64,000 bases of DNA from Coleofasciculus chthonoplastes F2-STO-03 (GCA_040222015.1 JAVJWO010000010.1:14669-78668); one strand, 5' to 3'; numbered from the stretch's first letter, positions 51,783 to 62,690 are shown. Made by a program: numbers and translations. The notes: generated from the letters alone by a model not told the origin.

Positions 51783-53696
51783 ATGACCGCTGAAAACAAT
51801 CCTAATAGCCATATCGAAGCCTACTTAGATTATTATTGTAGTTTATCCCACGCACCTGGGTTTGCTGTTTTACTCAAAGGGCAATGGGGAGCGGGGAAAA
51901 CATGGTTTATCAAAAAGTACTATGAAAAGCTAAAAGCAGATAAGCAGAAATGCTTGTATGTTAGTCTTTACGGGATGACTACCTTTTCTGAGATAGAAGA
52001 TGCTTTCTTTCAGCAATTACATCCTGTACTAGCGTTCAAGGGAATGGCAATAACAGGAAAGATTTTTAAAGAAGCAATAAAAAGCACAACAAAATTTGAT
52101 ATAGAAAAAATCAAACTCGAAACAAAAGGAAATCTTCCTGATTATCTTAAAGATGCTGATAAAAGTATTTTAATATTCGATGATTTAGAACGTTGCAAAA
52201 TAAAGCTTGGCAGCATATTAGGATACATCAACTACTTTGTAGAACATCAAGATCTAAAGGTAATTATCATTGCTAATGAGGATGAATTACTCAAAGAGAG
52301 TAGCTATAAAGACATCAAAGAAAAGTTAATTGGTAAAACCTTTGGTGTATCTCTTGATTTTGAGGGAGCCTTAGGAAATTTTATTACTGTAGCGAACAAT
52401 CCAAAGGTCGGACAGTTCTTATCTGACAATAATCAATTACTACAAAAGTTATACGAAGAAGCAGAATTTGAGAATCTCAGAATTCTCAAGCAAGTTGTTT
52501 TAGACTTTGAGCGAATTTTTGATAATTTACCGGAAAAGGCACAAAAGAAACCGGAGCTTCGCAAAGAGATTTTAACCATACTTACTGTTTTTTCTATTGA
52601 AATTAAAAGTGGAAGGATGCAGCCAAAAGAAATTAATGAATTAGAAGAAGAATATGAATCGGCACTGAGAAATCAGAGAATGAAGCGAATGCGGCGTCAA
52701 GATACCAATTCAGTCGAGGAAGAGAATATTGAACAGCCAACTTTACTTCAAAAAATGTTGACAAGGTATCCAAACCTAAAGTTCAAGTTACATGAACCAT
52801 TCCCCAGTAAAGTATGGTGGCAAACATTTTTTGATAAAGGCATCATAGATGCGGAGGAACTAGAGCAATCACTGTCAAGTAGTAAATATTTTCAGGATGA
52901 AAATACACCAAATTGGATTAGATTGTGGCATTTCTACGATTTAACTGATGATGATTTTTCTGATTTACTCAAAAAGGTTGAATCAGAATATTGTAACAGA
53001 CAATTTAGTGATATTAGGGAAATCAAGCATATAACCGGAATTTTATTAAAGTTATCTGACATTGGTTTATATAGTAGAACCAAGGCAGAAATTCTAGGAA
53101 ATTCAAAATGTTATATTGATAAGTTTATAAAAGAGGCTCAACCTGAAAAGCTTCGTCAAGCTATTGCTTTGGCTTTAGATACATTTAGCGGCTACCTTGG
53201 ACTAGAATTTTCTGGAAGAGAACTTCCAGAGTTTCAAGAATTTGTAGGCTACATTAAAGAAGCTTACGAGTCGGAAAGGCTTAAGAGTATGCCTAATGAT
53301 GCTCAAGATTTACTGGCTACTATGCAGAGCGATATATGGAAGTTCTATAAAATGATTTGCCCAAGGAGTTTGGAGAATCAAGATGTATCGGGAATATACT
53401 GTGAAATTCCTATATTAAAACACATAGATCCAGCCGTTTTCGTGGACAAACTTTTGTTGATGAACCCTGAACACCAACAATTGCTTGGTTATGCCCTAAC
53501 CAAACGATATGAATTAGATTGGGTTAACGAGAAACTGCTTGAAGAATTGGATTGGCTTAAATCTGTTAAGGCTTTGTTGCTCAAAGAAGCCGATAACAGG
53601 AAAGGCAAGCTTAGCGGATATTATTTAAACTTGCTGGTTGGAAATTACTTTGATAAAGCGATTGAAAAGCTTGAGGCAAAACATCCACCAGCATAA
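51783..53696 (+). CDS. KAP-family P-loop NTPase
   Basis: GQWGAGKT, YVSLYG, LIFDDLER, IIIANE, KEKLIG, NLR; AT-rich. Confidence 0.88.
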   Translation: MTAENNPNSHIEAYLDYYCSLSHAPGFAVLLKGQWGAGKTWFIKKYYEKLKADKQKCLYVSLYGMTTFSEIEDAFFQQLHPVLAFKGMAITGKIFKEAIKSTTKFDIEKIKLETKGNLPDYLKDADKSILIFDDLERCKIKLGSILGYINYFVEHQDLKVIIIANEDELLKESSYKDIKEKLIGKTFGVSLDFEGALGNFITVANNPKVGQFLSDNNQLLQKLYEEAEFENLRILKQVVLDFERIFDNLPEKAQKKPELRKEILTILTVFSIEIKSGRMQPKEINELEEEYESALRNQRMKRMRRQDTNSVEEENIEQPTLLQKMLTRYPNLKFKLHEPFPSKVWWQTFFDKGIIDAEELEQSLSSSKYFQDENTPNWIRLWHFYDLTDDDFSDLLKKVESEYCNRQFSDIREIKHITGILLKLSDIGLYSRTKAEILGNSKCYIDKFIKEAQPEKLRQAIALALDTFSGYLGLEFSGRELPEFQEFVGYIKEAYESERLKSMPNDAQDLLATMQSDIWKFYKMICPRSLENQDVSGIYCEIPILKHIDPAVFVDKLLLMNPEHQQLLGYALTKRYELDWVNEKLLEELDWLKSVKALLLKEADNRKGKLSGYYLNLLVGNYFDKAIEKLEAKHPPA

Positions 53697-53842
53697 ATTA
53701 ATCAGTGCGCTAACCCATCGCCGTAGGTTGGGTTGAGGAACGAAACCCAACATATCATGATTCATAACCAACCCAATTCTATAGCTATAACCCAGCGCAT
53801 TCAGGAGCGCTTGCTATTCCTTGATGTTCGTGCGATCGCGCC
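53660..53842 (+). repeat. Direct repeat, right copy overlapping KAP 3' end
   Basis: GATTGAAAAGCTTGAGGCAAAA..GTAGGTTGGGTTGAGGAACGAAACCCAACAT..ATTCAGGAGCGCTTGCTATTCCTT..TCGTGCGATCGCGCC. Confidence 0.9.
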
Positions 53843-53939
53843 AAATCCTATCCGACTGAAAAGCGAGTGAGGTTATTAGAATTAGAGCCATACTTCTAGG
53901 TTATGATTGTTGAAAATCCCAACAATTACTTATAATCTA

Positions 53940-54593
53940 ATGCTAAAGTTCTACTACAATCCAATCTCTGTTAATGCTCGCCGAGTTTGGGTGACATTAC
54001 TGGAAAAACAAATTCCCTTTGAGCCAATTTTGGTGAATCTAGATGGAGATCACCTGAGTGAGGATTTTACCGCCATTAACCCACTTCAGCGAATACCTGT
54101 CGTCATCGATAACGGATTTCGGATTGTTGAATCGTTAGCCATTTTGGACTATTTAGAGGCAAAGTATCCAACACCATCATTAATGCCTAGTGAAATTGAC
54201 GCGATCGCAACGGTTCGCATGGTAGAAATGATAGCCGTTAATGAACTTCAGCCGCTGATGATTCCTTTAACTAAACTCTTAGTTGGACTCAAAGTCAATC
54301 CTGATAAAGTTGACAATGCTCTGCAACGCATAACGACTATTATTCAATTTTATGAAAATCTTTTGGCGGGACATATTTACTTTGTGAACAATCAAATCAC
54401 CTTAGCGGATATCGTGGCTGGAACACTTATCCCCTCCTTACCTCAATTAGGTTTATCTCTAGACACTTATCCATCCATAAAGCCATGGTTCCAGCAACTT
54501 GAGCAGCGAGAAAGTTGGCAACAGACATCTGTAAAACCTGAAATGATTGCAGCCGCTCTCCCGAATATGCGAGCAATTTTAGAGAAGCGATAA
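53940..54593 (+). CDS. Glutathione S-transferase family protein
   Basis: INPLQRIPV, ESLAILDYL, ITLADI; ATG 53940. Confidence 0.92.
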   Translation: MLKFYYNPISVNARRVWVTLLEKQIPFEPILVNLDGDHLSEDFTAINPLQRIPVVIDNGFRIVESLAILDYLEAKYPTPSLMPSEIDAIATVRMVEMIAVNELQPLMIPLTKLLVGLKVNPDKVDNALQRITTIIQFYENLLAGHIYFVNNQITLADIVAGTLIPSLPQLGLSLDTYPSIKPWFQQLEQRESWQQTSVKPEMIAAALPNMRAILEKR

Positions 54594-54619
54594 TTCAGAA
54601 ATCTAGACATCCGCCCGGA

Positions 54620-54732
54620 GCCCGGAGTTCAAACTCCGGGCTAAAAGCTAAAGTCCATTAAAATGGACTAAAACTCTTATCCAGTCAGCTAAAGCTGACT
54701 TTCGCTTTGAGCCAGGGATTTGAATCCCTGGC
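54620..54732. repeat. Four-hairpin repeat element
   Basis: GCCCGGAG/CTCCGGGC, AGTCCAT/ATGGACT, AGTCAGC/GCTGACT, GCCAGGGAT/ATCCCTGGC. Confidence 0.75.
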
Positions 54733-54847
54733 TAATTGTTGCTACTGGTGCAAGATGTGAAAAGGTGGATTGGATATGAGACAATCATAGAGATGAGGCT
54801 TCCAGTTCTACAAGCTAGAATAAACAATAAAACTGCCTTTCCCGAAA

Positions 54848-55453
54848 ATGACTTATACCCCATCTAAACTTCTAACGTTCGATCAATTTATAGCAGAATA
54901 CGGAGATAATCCCAGGTATGAACTTATTGATGGAGAACTACGAGACATGGAACCAACAGGTTCTCATGACGAAGTTGCTGGGACTATTGCGGGTAGAATC
55001 TATGCCGAAATTATTAGTAATCAGTTAAACTGGTTAATTCCCAAAAGTTGTTTAATTAAACCACTCGCTGCTGAAGCGACAGCACTACGCCCTGATGTCA
55101 TTGTTTTAGACAAAGCCGAACTCAGCAACGAACCGCTTTGGCAAAAAGAGCCAATTATTTGCAATGGCAAAACAATCAAACTCGTTGCCGAAGTTGTTAG
55201 CACCAACTGGCAAGATGACTATGCCAGAAAAGTAGAAGAGTATGCGGTTCTAGGCATTCCCGAATTCTGGATTGTAGACTTTCGCTGCTTAGGCGGTTGG
55301 CAATTCATTGGCAACCCTAAACAACCCACTTTTACAGTATGCCAACTCATGAGGGGGGCGTATCAGCAGCAAAAATATCGCTTGGGAGATACAATTACAT
55401 CTTACCTCCTGCCAAACTTACAACTCAAACTCGACGATGTGATGCCCAATTAA
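54848..55453 (+). CDS. Uma2 (DUF820) family endonuclease
   Basis: RYELIDGE, RPDVIV, EVVSTNWQDDY..K, GIPEFWIVD. Confidence 0.92.
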   Translation: MTYTPSKLLTFDQFIAEYGDNPRYELIDGELRDMEPTGSHDEVAGTIAGRIYAEIISNQLNWLIPKSCLIKPLAAEATALRPDVIVLDKAELSNEPLWQKEPIICNGKTIKLVAEVVSTNWQDDYARKVEEYAVLGIPEFWIVDFRCLGGWQFIGNPKQPTFTVCQLMRGAYQQQKYRLGDTITSYLLPNLQLKLDDVMPN

Positions 55454-55660
55454 TTATTTATGGTAATCAGTATAATCACCTATCCCTGTAGGTTGGGTTT
55501 CGACTTCGCTCAACCCCACATCTCTAGTCATATAGCACTACGCACTAAGGTTAGGACAAATGAAGAAAAATTCAAATCGCTCAATTCCTTGTAAGGTAAG
55601 CTTTTGTCTTCACTATTGCAAGAAAGCCTATTGCCTATTCCCTGGCGCGTAGCGCTATAA

Positions 55661-57172
55661 CTATCCCAAAAACAGCTTATACGCCGGATTCTGGTTTTCA
55701 TCCCAATAGCGATAACCCAAGGTATCCAGAAACCCTTGCCATTCCTCCATCTCGTGCGGCGGAACCTGCATTCCCACGACAATGCGCCCATAATCTGCCC
55801 CATTATTCCGGTAGTGAAATAGGCTAATATTCCAGTTAGGACTCATGGAACCAACAAACTTCATTAAAGCACCCGGACGTTCAGGAAACTCAAAGCGGTA
55901 AAGTAATTCATTATCCGCTAAGGGAGAATGTCCGCCTACCATGTGCCGTAGGTGCATTTTTGTCAGTTCATCATCGGTTAAATCTACGGTTTTGAATCCA
56001 CACCCTTCAAAGGCTTCTATCATCTTAGCGGCGTCGCTGCGGTTGGCAATTTGAACGCCGACAAAAATATGTGCCTCATTTTCAGCAGAAATGCGATAAT
56101 TAAACTCAGTTAGATTTCGTTTACCCAAGCATTCACAAAACTGACGCAAACTACCCGGTTTTTCGGGAATTGTCACAGCAAAAATAGCTTCGCGACGTTC
56201 GCCAAATTCAGCCCGTTCTGCCACAAAGCGGAGACGGTCAAAGTTCATATTAGCACCGCAGGCAACAGCAACTAAGGTTTGTCCCTGAATTTGCTCGCGT
56301 TCAACATAAGTTTTAGCGGCTGCGATCGCTAATGCTCCAGCAGGTTCTAAAATAGAGCGTGTATCCTCGAAGACATCTTTAATTGCAGCGCAGGTGGCAT
56401 CGGTATCCACCAGAATAATCTCATCCACATATTCCTGACACAGGCGAAAGGTTTCTTCCCCCACTTCTCGCACCGCTACCCCATCAGCAAATAAGCCCAC
56501 TTGAGGCAATCGCACCCGTTTCCCAGCTTTCAGAGATTGATACATAGCATCCGCATCTACAGGTTCAACGCCAATTATTTTAATTTGGGGATACAACCGT
56601 TTCACATACGCCCCAATCCCAGAAATTAATCCACCGCCACCAATGGCGACAAAAATAGCATGGATAGGTTGCTGATATTGGCGGAGAATTTCCATGCCAA
56701 TCGTACCTTGTCCGGCAATCACATCCGGATCATCAAAGGGATGAATAAAGGTTAACCCTTTTTCGGCTTCCAGTTTCCGGGCAAAGGTGTAGGCTTCATC
56801 GTAGGTTTCTCCCTGCAAAACCACCTCTCCCCCACGGGCTTTAACCGCATTGACTTTAACTTGGGGTGTGGTTACGGGCATCACAATAATCGCTTGGGTG
56901 CCTAGCTGACGGGCAGCCAGGGCGACGCCTTGGGCATGGTTTCCCGCTGATGCTGCAATCACGCCCTGTGCCAGCATATCAGGGGGGAGTTGTACCATTT
57001 TGTTATATGCCCCGCGCAGTTTAAAGGAAAAGACGGATTGCATATCTTCCCGTTTAAGTAGGAGTTGGTTATTCAGGCGGGCGGATAGATTGGGGGCGTA
57101 TTCTAGCGGGGTTTCTTGGGCAACATCGTAGACGCGGGCGGTGAGGATTTGTACCAGGTAATCACAAAGCAT
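55661..57172 (-). CDS. ilvA: Threonine ammonia-lyase, biosynthetic
   Basis: FSFKLRGAYN, SAGNHAQG, GGGGL, FEFPERPGAL. Confidence 0.97.
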   Translation of the reverse strand: MLCDYLVQILTARVYDVAQETPLEYAPNLSARLNNQLLLKREDMQSVFSFKLRGAYNKMVQLPPDMLAQGVIAASAGNHAQGVALAARQLGTQAIIVMPVTTPQVKVNAVKARGGEVVLQGETYDEAYTFARKLEAEKGLTFIHPFDDPDVIAGQGTIGMEILRQYQQPIHAIFVAIGGGGLISGIGAYVKRLYPQIKIIGVEPVDADAMYQSLKAGKRVRLPQVGLFADGVAVREVGEETFRLCQEYVDEIILVDTDATCAAIKDVFEDTRSILEPAGALAIAAAKTYVEREQIQGQTLVAVACGANMNFDRLRFVAERAEFGERREAIFAVTIPEKPGSLRQFCECLGKRNLTEFNYRISAENEAHIFVGVQIANRSDAAKMIEAFEGCGFKTVDLTDDELTKMHLRHMVGGHSPLADNELLYRFEFPERPGALMKFVGSMSPNWNISLFHYRNNGADYGRIVVGMQVPPHEMEEWQGFLDTLGYRYWDENQNPAYKLFLG

Positions 57173-57273
57173 GGGGTTAATCGGGTGGCAGATGCGGGAT
57201 GTAACGAAAATTTTACGTTATCGATGGGTTGAGATTGATCATATAGAGCCATTTATAATGTTTGCGGTACATC

Positions 57274-60200
57274 TTACCGTTCAAATTTGTCACAGAGATC
57301 GCGATCGCTCGGTTTTACGTTGGGGTTATGTTCCAGATAACCTCGCACAAAATCACAACCACGCACTAACAACTCATCGAGATCGCCCACATAGTCCAAA
57401 TCCCAGAGAATTGCCTGGTGATTGGTACTGGCAGAGGCTAATGTTTGACCATCTGGACTAAACTGCACATCCATAACTGCACCGCCAATTCCGGTTAATG
57501 TTTGTACTAATTTACCCTCTATCGTCCACAGTTTCACGGTTTGGTCGTTACTAGCTGTGGCAATCATCTGCCCGCCTGGACTAAAGGCGATCGCTTGTAC
57601 ATCATCGCCATGTCCTATTAGGGTAGTTAACAGGTTTCCCTGGCGCTCCCAGAGTTTGGCGGTGCTGTCTCGACTCGCTGTAGCGATGGTTTGCCCATCC
57701 GGGCTAAAATTCACATCGACGACAACACCACTATGTCCAGTTAAGGTGTTCAGTAATGTTCCCTGACGATGCCAAAGTTTCACCGTTTGGTCACTACTGG
57801 CTGTGGCGATGGTTTGCCCATCTGGGCTAAAGCGGACTTGATTCACAGTTCCTTTGTGTCCCTTCAGGGTTTGTTGCTCCTCTCCATCAATTGTCCACAG
57901 TTTCGCCGTCTGATCATCACTGGCTGTGGCAATCGTTTGTCCATCGGGACTAAAACTCACACCCAAGACACCGCGCTGATGTCCAATCAAGGTTTTCAGC
58001 AGATTACCCTGAGGATTCCAAAGTTTGGCAGTGCGATCGTTACTGGCTGTGGCAAGGGTTTGCCCATCGGGACTGAAATTCACACTCCACACAGCTTCTT
58101 GATGCTGTTTCAGCGTCGTAATTAATTGTCCAGTACGAGTCCATAGTTTAACAGTATTGTCTCGACTCGCCGTAGCTAAACGTTTTCCATCGGGACTAAA
58201 AGCCAGACTGAATATCCAATTATCATGTCCTGACAGGGTTTGCAAGCCAACCCCAGCCACTTGCCAGAGTTTAGCGCTGTGGTCAAAACTGGCACTGGCA
58301 AGCGTCTGACTGTCGGGGCTAAAACTCAGGCTGGAAATCAGGTTAGTATGCCCACTTAGAGTATCAACTAAGTTACCATCGCGGTTCCACAGTTTTACCG
58401 TTTGGTCATATCCCCCAGAGGCAATCCGTTCTCCATTCGGGCTAAAACTCACCGTCAACACCCCATCAGTATGTCCGGTGAGTGTTTTAAATAGGGTACC
58501 ATCTTGATTCCAGAGTTTGACGGTTTTGTCATTACTTGCCGTGGCAATAGTTTTCCCATCGGGACTAAAACTAACACCCCAAACCGCCCCAGTATGACCC
58601 GTAAACGTTTGGCGCAATTGTCCCTCAATTGTCCACAGGTTGACGGTTTTGTCATCACTGGCTGTGGCAAAGTGTTGACCATTAGGACTAACCGCAATCC
58701 GATTGATGCGATCGCGATGATCGGTAAGGGTTTGCCGCAATTGCCCATCAGTTGTCCAAAGTTTGACGGTTTGGTCTTCACTTCCAGAAATAATCCTTTG
58801 TCCATCTGGCGTAAACTTCACATCCCGCACCGCAGCACTATGACCGATTAACGTTTGTTTTAATTGCCCCTCAACCGTCCATAGTTTAACAGTTTTATCC
58901 CCACCTGCCGTCGCCAGCATTTGACCATCAGGACTAAAACGAACCGCAAATACTGTACCCTCATGTCCTTTTAAAGTTTGCAGTTCTTCACCCTCTGGAT
59001 TCCAGAGTTTGACTGTGCCATCTTGAGAAGCCGTCGCGATTATTTTACCATCCGGACTAAATGTAACATGCCACAGTTGTTCGGTATGTCCTTCAAGTTG
59101 GTTGCGTTCTCTCACCCAGTAAATTGCTTGTTGGAGGGCGGTCATAATATCTGCTTTAATCTGGGGTTCACCTAGTTTACCATTGGTGAATTTAAGTGTC
59201 GTTCCGGCTTTTAAAGCGGCTAGTAGCGCCTGAAATTTTTGATCAGAAATAAACAAGGCTTCTGAAGCATTACTCAGGGCAATTAACTTTTCTTTTTCCG
59301 CTATACGGCGGAGGTATTCAGCCTTGTGATACTGACTGAATGCCACAACACCCGCCCCCACAGATACCACAAACGCTGCACTAACTAATCCCAATAAAGA
59401 CCTCAAAATCATCACCCGCCGTTTTTCTTTAACAATTCCGGCTTGAATGGCAGCCTGACTGGCTTGAATATATTGGGTTTGCAACGCCGTCGGTTTGGGC
59501 TGTTTCTTCTGTTCCTCGGCTTCAATTAACCAGGTTTCGGCGATCGCAAATTCATTTCCCCGCAGCAGTAAATCCTCACTCTTGCCCTTTTTTTCCCATT
59601 CCAGCGCCCGTTGCGACCATTTGGTATGATTATGAACATGGTCTCGATCCGTCTCTAAAGTTCTCACCAATTGGTTAAAATTGGCATTAAACTCTCGCTG
59701 GTTTTGATTGAAATCAATCCACTGTACTTTGGCTAATTCAGGATGCAACTCCGCCAGATTAACCGGAATATGCAATACTGTGACAAAGCGTTTATTCAAC
59801 TTCGCTGCATATTCTACTTCATCCGCACAGTAGGGAGAATTCACGGCGCGGGGGGAGAGAATAAATAAAAAGTTATCGGAATTTTCAATGCCTCGATAAA
59901 TTTCCTGTTGGAAATCTGCACCAGAGGCAATACTTTCTTGATCAAACCAGGTGGTTTTTCCCTGAATTTGTAATGCCTCATTTAATTTTCGGGCAAAATC
60001 AGAATCGCTGCGAGAATAGGAAATAAATACATCTAGAGATAGTCCGGGAGGTTGGCGCAGACTTTCACTGATAAATTCTGCAATTAATGGTATGGGCGGA
60101 TGCTGGTTTCTCTGCTCGGCAACCTTTAACCAAGCTTCCCCTTGACGTAAATTATATCCCCGCAATAAAATACTCGGATTCCGATGCTGTCGTTCCCACT

Positions 60201-61347
60201 TTAAGGCTTTGGTGAGCAAGAGTTTATGCTCGTGGTAATAGGTGGCATCCTGATATAGAATTCTCACCAGTTGACTTTCATCGAGATGATAATCTTCATC
60301 CTGGATATTATCCGTTAGATCAATGTACTGCAAATCCCGCAAAACTGAGGGTATTTTTTCGTTGGCGAATACTCCCACCTTAATTGGAATAATTCGCTTA
60401 TTTAGGGATAAAGCATAATCTACTTCTTGCTGACAATACTCCGATGTCACTGAATCAGGTGACAGTAAATAAACCAGATTATCGGCTGCTTCTATTCCTC
60501 GATGAATCGCCTCCTGAAAGACTTCTCCAGTTTGAATATCAGTCTGGTTTGTCCAAACGGTAAAACCTTCTCGCCATAAACGATTGCGAATCTGTTGCAT
60601 GACCCCTTTATCAGCTTCAGCATAAGCGAGAAATACCTGGGTCATCAAATTATTGGCATTTTTAATACTTTCGGTAATAAACTCACAATGGAGATTTGTG
60701 GGGACACAGGGGGGTTGCTCATCGTTGAAGCGAATTTTAAGCCATGCTTCAGCTTGTTGCCGTTCTTCACCAATTAATAAATACTTCGTCTGTTTTTGAT
60801 TTCTTTCCCACGCTAAAGCATTGACTAAAAACTGCGTATGTTGTTCAACATAATCCTGATTACGCTGCAATAATTCTACTAAACCAGCAAAAGCGGTATC
60901 AAAATCATCCATTCCTTCGCGAAAATAGACCCAGTTAATTTTACCAATGGCTGGGTGCATATTCGGAAAACTGGAATGTAAGCCCTTGGCTTTGTAGGTT
61001 TCCCAATCTGCCTCTGTACCATTTGGATTACGCTGCTGCCAGGTTTCTTGGCTAATTTCCTCAACATGCAACAAGGGGATAATGCGTTTATTCCGCTTCA
61101 GGGCTAGCTCAATTTCTTTGCGACAGTAGGGTGAATTAACGGAATGAGGCGCAATAATGAATAGAAAGTTATGGGAGGTTTCGATTCCTTCATCAATTTG
61201 ATTTTGAAAATCAACCCCCAATGGGATATCGTTTTGGTCAAACCATACTTTTAATCCTTCTGATAACAGTCGTTTATGTAGCTGAGTGGCAAAGGCTTTA
61301 CTATCGGCTCGTCCATAAGAAATGAAGGCATTATATGAGCCAGACAT
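57274..61347 (-). CDS. Triple TIR domain - transmembrane - WD40 (14 repeats) protein
   Basis: AFISYGR, VFLAYA, VFISYSR starts; S(P/E)YCxxE in each; hydrophobic LLGLVSAAFVVSVGAGVVAF; 14 GH..FSPDG..W repeats. Confidence 0.92.
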   Translation of the reverse strand: MSGSYNAFISYGRADSKAFATQLHKRLLSEGLKVWFDQNDIPLGVDFQNQIDEGIETSHNFLFIIAPHSVNSPYCRKEIELALKRNKRIIPLLHVEEISQETWQQRNPNGTEADWETYKAKGLHSSFPNMHPAIGKINWVYFREGMDDFDTAFAGLVELLQRNQDYVEQHTQFLVNALAWERNQKQTKYLLIGEERQQAEAWLKIRFNDEQPPCVPTNLHCEFITESIKNANNLMTQVFLAYAEADKGVMQQIRNRLWREGFTVWTNQTDIQTGEVFQEAIHRGIEAADNLVYLLSPDSVTSEYCQQEVDYALSLNKRIIPIKVGVFANEKIPSVLRDLQYIDLTDNIQDEDYHLDESQLVRILYQDATYYHEHKLLLTKALKWERQHRNPSILLRGYNLRQGEAWLKVAEQRNQHPPIPLIAEFISESLRQPPGLSLDVFISYSRSDSDFARKLNEALQIQGKTTWFDQESIASGADFQQEIYRGIENSDNFLFILSPRAVNSPYCADEVEYAAKLNKRFVTVLHIPVNLAELHPELAKVQWIDFNQNQREFNANFNQLVRTLETDRDHVHNHTKWSQRALEWEKKGKSEDLLLRGNEFAIAETWLIEAEEQKKQPKPTALQTQYIQASQAAIQAGIVKEKRRVMILRSLLGLVSAAFVVSVGAGVVAFSQYHKAEYLRRIAEKEKLIALSNASEALFISDQKFQALLAALKAGTTLKFTNGKLGEPQIKADIMTALQQAIYWVRERNQLEGHTEQLWHVTFSPDGKIIATASQDGTVKLWNPEGEELQTLKGHEGTVFAVRFSPDGQMLATAGGDKTVKLWTVEGQLKQTLIGHSAAVRDVKFTPDGQRIISGSEDQTVKLWTTDGQLRQTLTDHRDRINRIAVSPNGQHFATASDDKTVNLWTIEGQLRQTFTGHTGAVWGVSFSPDGKTIATASNDKTVKLWNQDGTLFKTLTGHTDGVLTVSFSPNGERIASGGYDQTVKLWNRDGNLVDTLSGHTNLISSLSFSPDSQTLASASFDHSAKLWQVAGVGLQTLSGHDNWIFSLAFSPDGKRLATASRDNTVKLWTRTGQLITTLKQHQEAVWSVNFSPDGQTLATASNDRTAKLWNPQGNLLKTLIGHQRGVLGVSFSPDGQTIATASDDQTAKLWTIDGEEQQTLKGHKGTVNQVRFSPDGQTIATASSDQTVKLWHRQGTLLNTLTGHSGVVVDVNFSPDGQTIATASRDSTAKLWERQGNLLTTLIGHGDDVQAIAFSPGGQMIATASNDQTVKLWTIEGKLVQTLTGIGGAVMDVQFSPDGQTLASASTNHQAILWDLDYVGDLDELLVRGCDFVRGYLEHNPNVKPSDRDLCDKFER

Positions 61348-61528
61348 AATGGTTTAAAATGGAACTGAGGTCAATTAATGACTCTATTTTAAGCCGCTCG
61401 ATTTAAAGATGCCAATAAGCAGGGGAGTCTTATTTGTCATTTGTCATTTGTTTGCTCTCTCTGCTCCCTACCCTCCACCCCAATACTTATTCAGCAAGCC
61501 CAATAGGGTTGAGTTTATTTCCACTAAC

Positions 61529-62641
61529 CTACTTACTCAAAACCAGGTTATCTCGATGCATGACTGTTTCGGCTCCACCATAGCCCAAAATTTCCGGAAT
61601 GTCGGCTGATTTATGTCCCCGAATTTTCTGTAGTTCCAAACTGCTGTAGTTCACCAATCCTCTAGCTATTTCTACGCCATGACTATCACAAAGTTGTACC
61701 GCATCCGAGGCGTGAAAATTGCCATCAATTGCAGTAATTCCAGCTGCTAATAGAGACTTACCCCCTTGACAAATTGCCCTGACTGCACCCGGATCTAAAT
61801 ACAGTTTACCCGCCGGAACTAAACTGTGAGCAATCCAACGCTTGCGGGCGTTTTCAGTTCGCGGTTGGGGGGCAAATTGCGTCCCTAATGGTTCTCCCTG
61901 TAAGATTTTTTCGATCGCTTCGGGGTGTCGTCCTTGAGTAATCACGGTTCTCACTCCCGCACTCGTGGCAATTCTGGCGGCGGTAATTTTGGTGACCATT
62001 CCCCCTGTTCCCCACTGAGAACCTGCACTCCCAGTTTGGATTTGAAGTTCGGCTAATTCTTCCATCCGGTTAACCAAGGTAATCGGTTCAGCATCAGGGA
62101 CTTGACGCGGATCAGCCGAATAGAGTCGATCAACATCGGTTAATAAGAATAACCAATCGGCTTCGATTAAACTCGCCACCATTGCAGAAAGGGTATCGTT
62201 ATCGCCAAACTTGAGTTCCTCGACAGCAACGGTATCATTTTCATTCACTACGGGAATGACACCAAGCTGCAACAGTTCTCGAAATGTCGCGTAAGCATTA
62301 ACATAGCAACTGCGCTGTACTAAGTCTTGGCGGCTTAACAAAATTTGCGCGATCGCTTGCTCAAGACTGGAAAATAAATCATCATAGACTCGCATTAACC
62401 GTCCCTGACCTACAGCCGCGACAGCTTGCTTGAGGGCGAGGGTTTGAGGACGAGTCTTTAATCCCAATCGTCCACACCCAACTCCCACCGCGCCAGAGGT
62501 GACTAAGACTACACCATAGCCAGAAGAACGTAACCTAGTTAGCGTTTCTACTAGCATTGCAATCGTTGACAGCGCTAATTGACCCGTTTCTGGATGCGTC
62601 AGGCTGGATGTACCCACTTTGACAACAATTGTTTCGGTCAT
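61529..62641 (-). CDS. proB: Glutamate 5-kinase
   Basis: [34 protein letters not shown] domain. Confidence 0.97.
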   Translation of the reverse strand: MTETIVVKVGTSSLTHPETGQLALSTIAMLVETLTRLRSSGYGVVLVTSGAVGVGCGRLGLKTRPQTLALKQAVAAVGQGRLMRVYDDLFSSLEQAIAQILLSRQDLVQRSCYVNAYATFRELLQLGVIPVVNENDTVAVEELKFGDNDTLSAMVASLIEADWLFLLTDVDRLYSADPRQVPDAEPITLVNRMEELAELQIQTGSAGSQWGTGGMVTKITAARIATSAGVRTVITQGRHPEAIEKILQGEPLGTQFAPQPRTENARKRWIAHSLVPAGKLYLDPGAVRAICQGGKSLLAAGITAIDGNFHASDAVQLCDSHGVEIARGLVNYSSLELQKIRGHKSADIPEILGYGGAETVMHRDNLVLSK

Positions 62642-62689
62642 TGGTCATTGGTCATTGGTCATTTGTCATTTGTCATTTGTCATTTGTCA
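62639..62689. repeat. STRR array (CATT[G/T]GT)x7
   Basis: First unit contains the proB start codon. Confidence 0.92.
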
Positions 62690-62690
62690 A

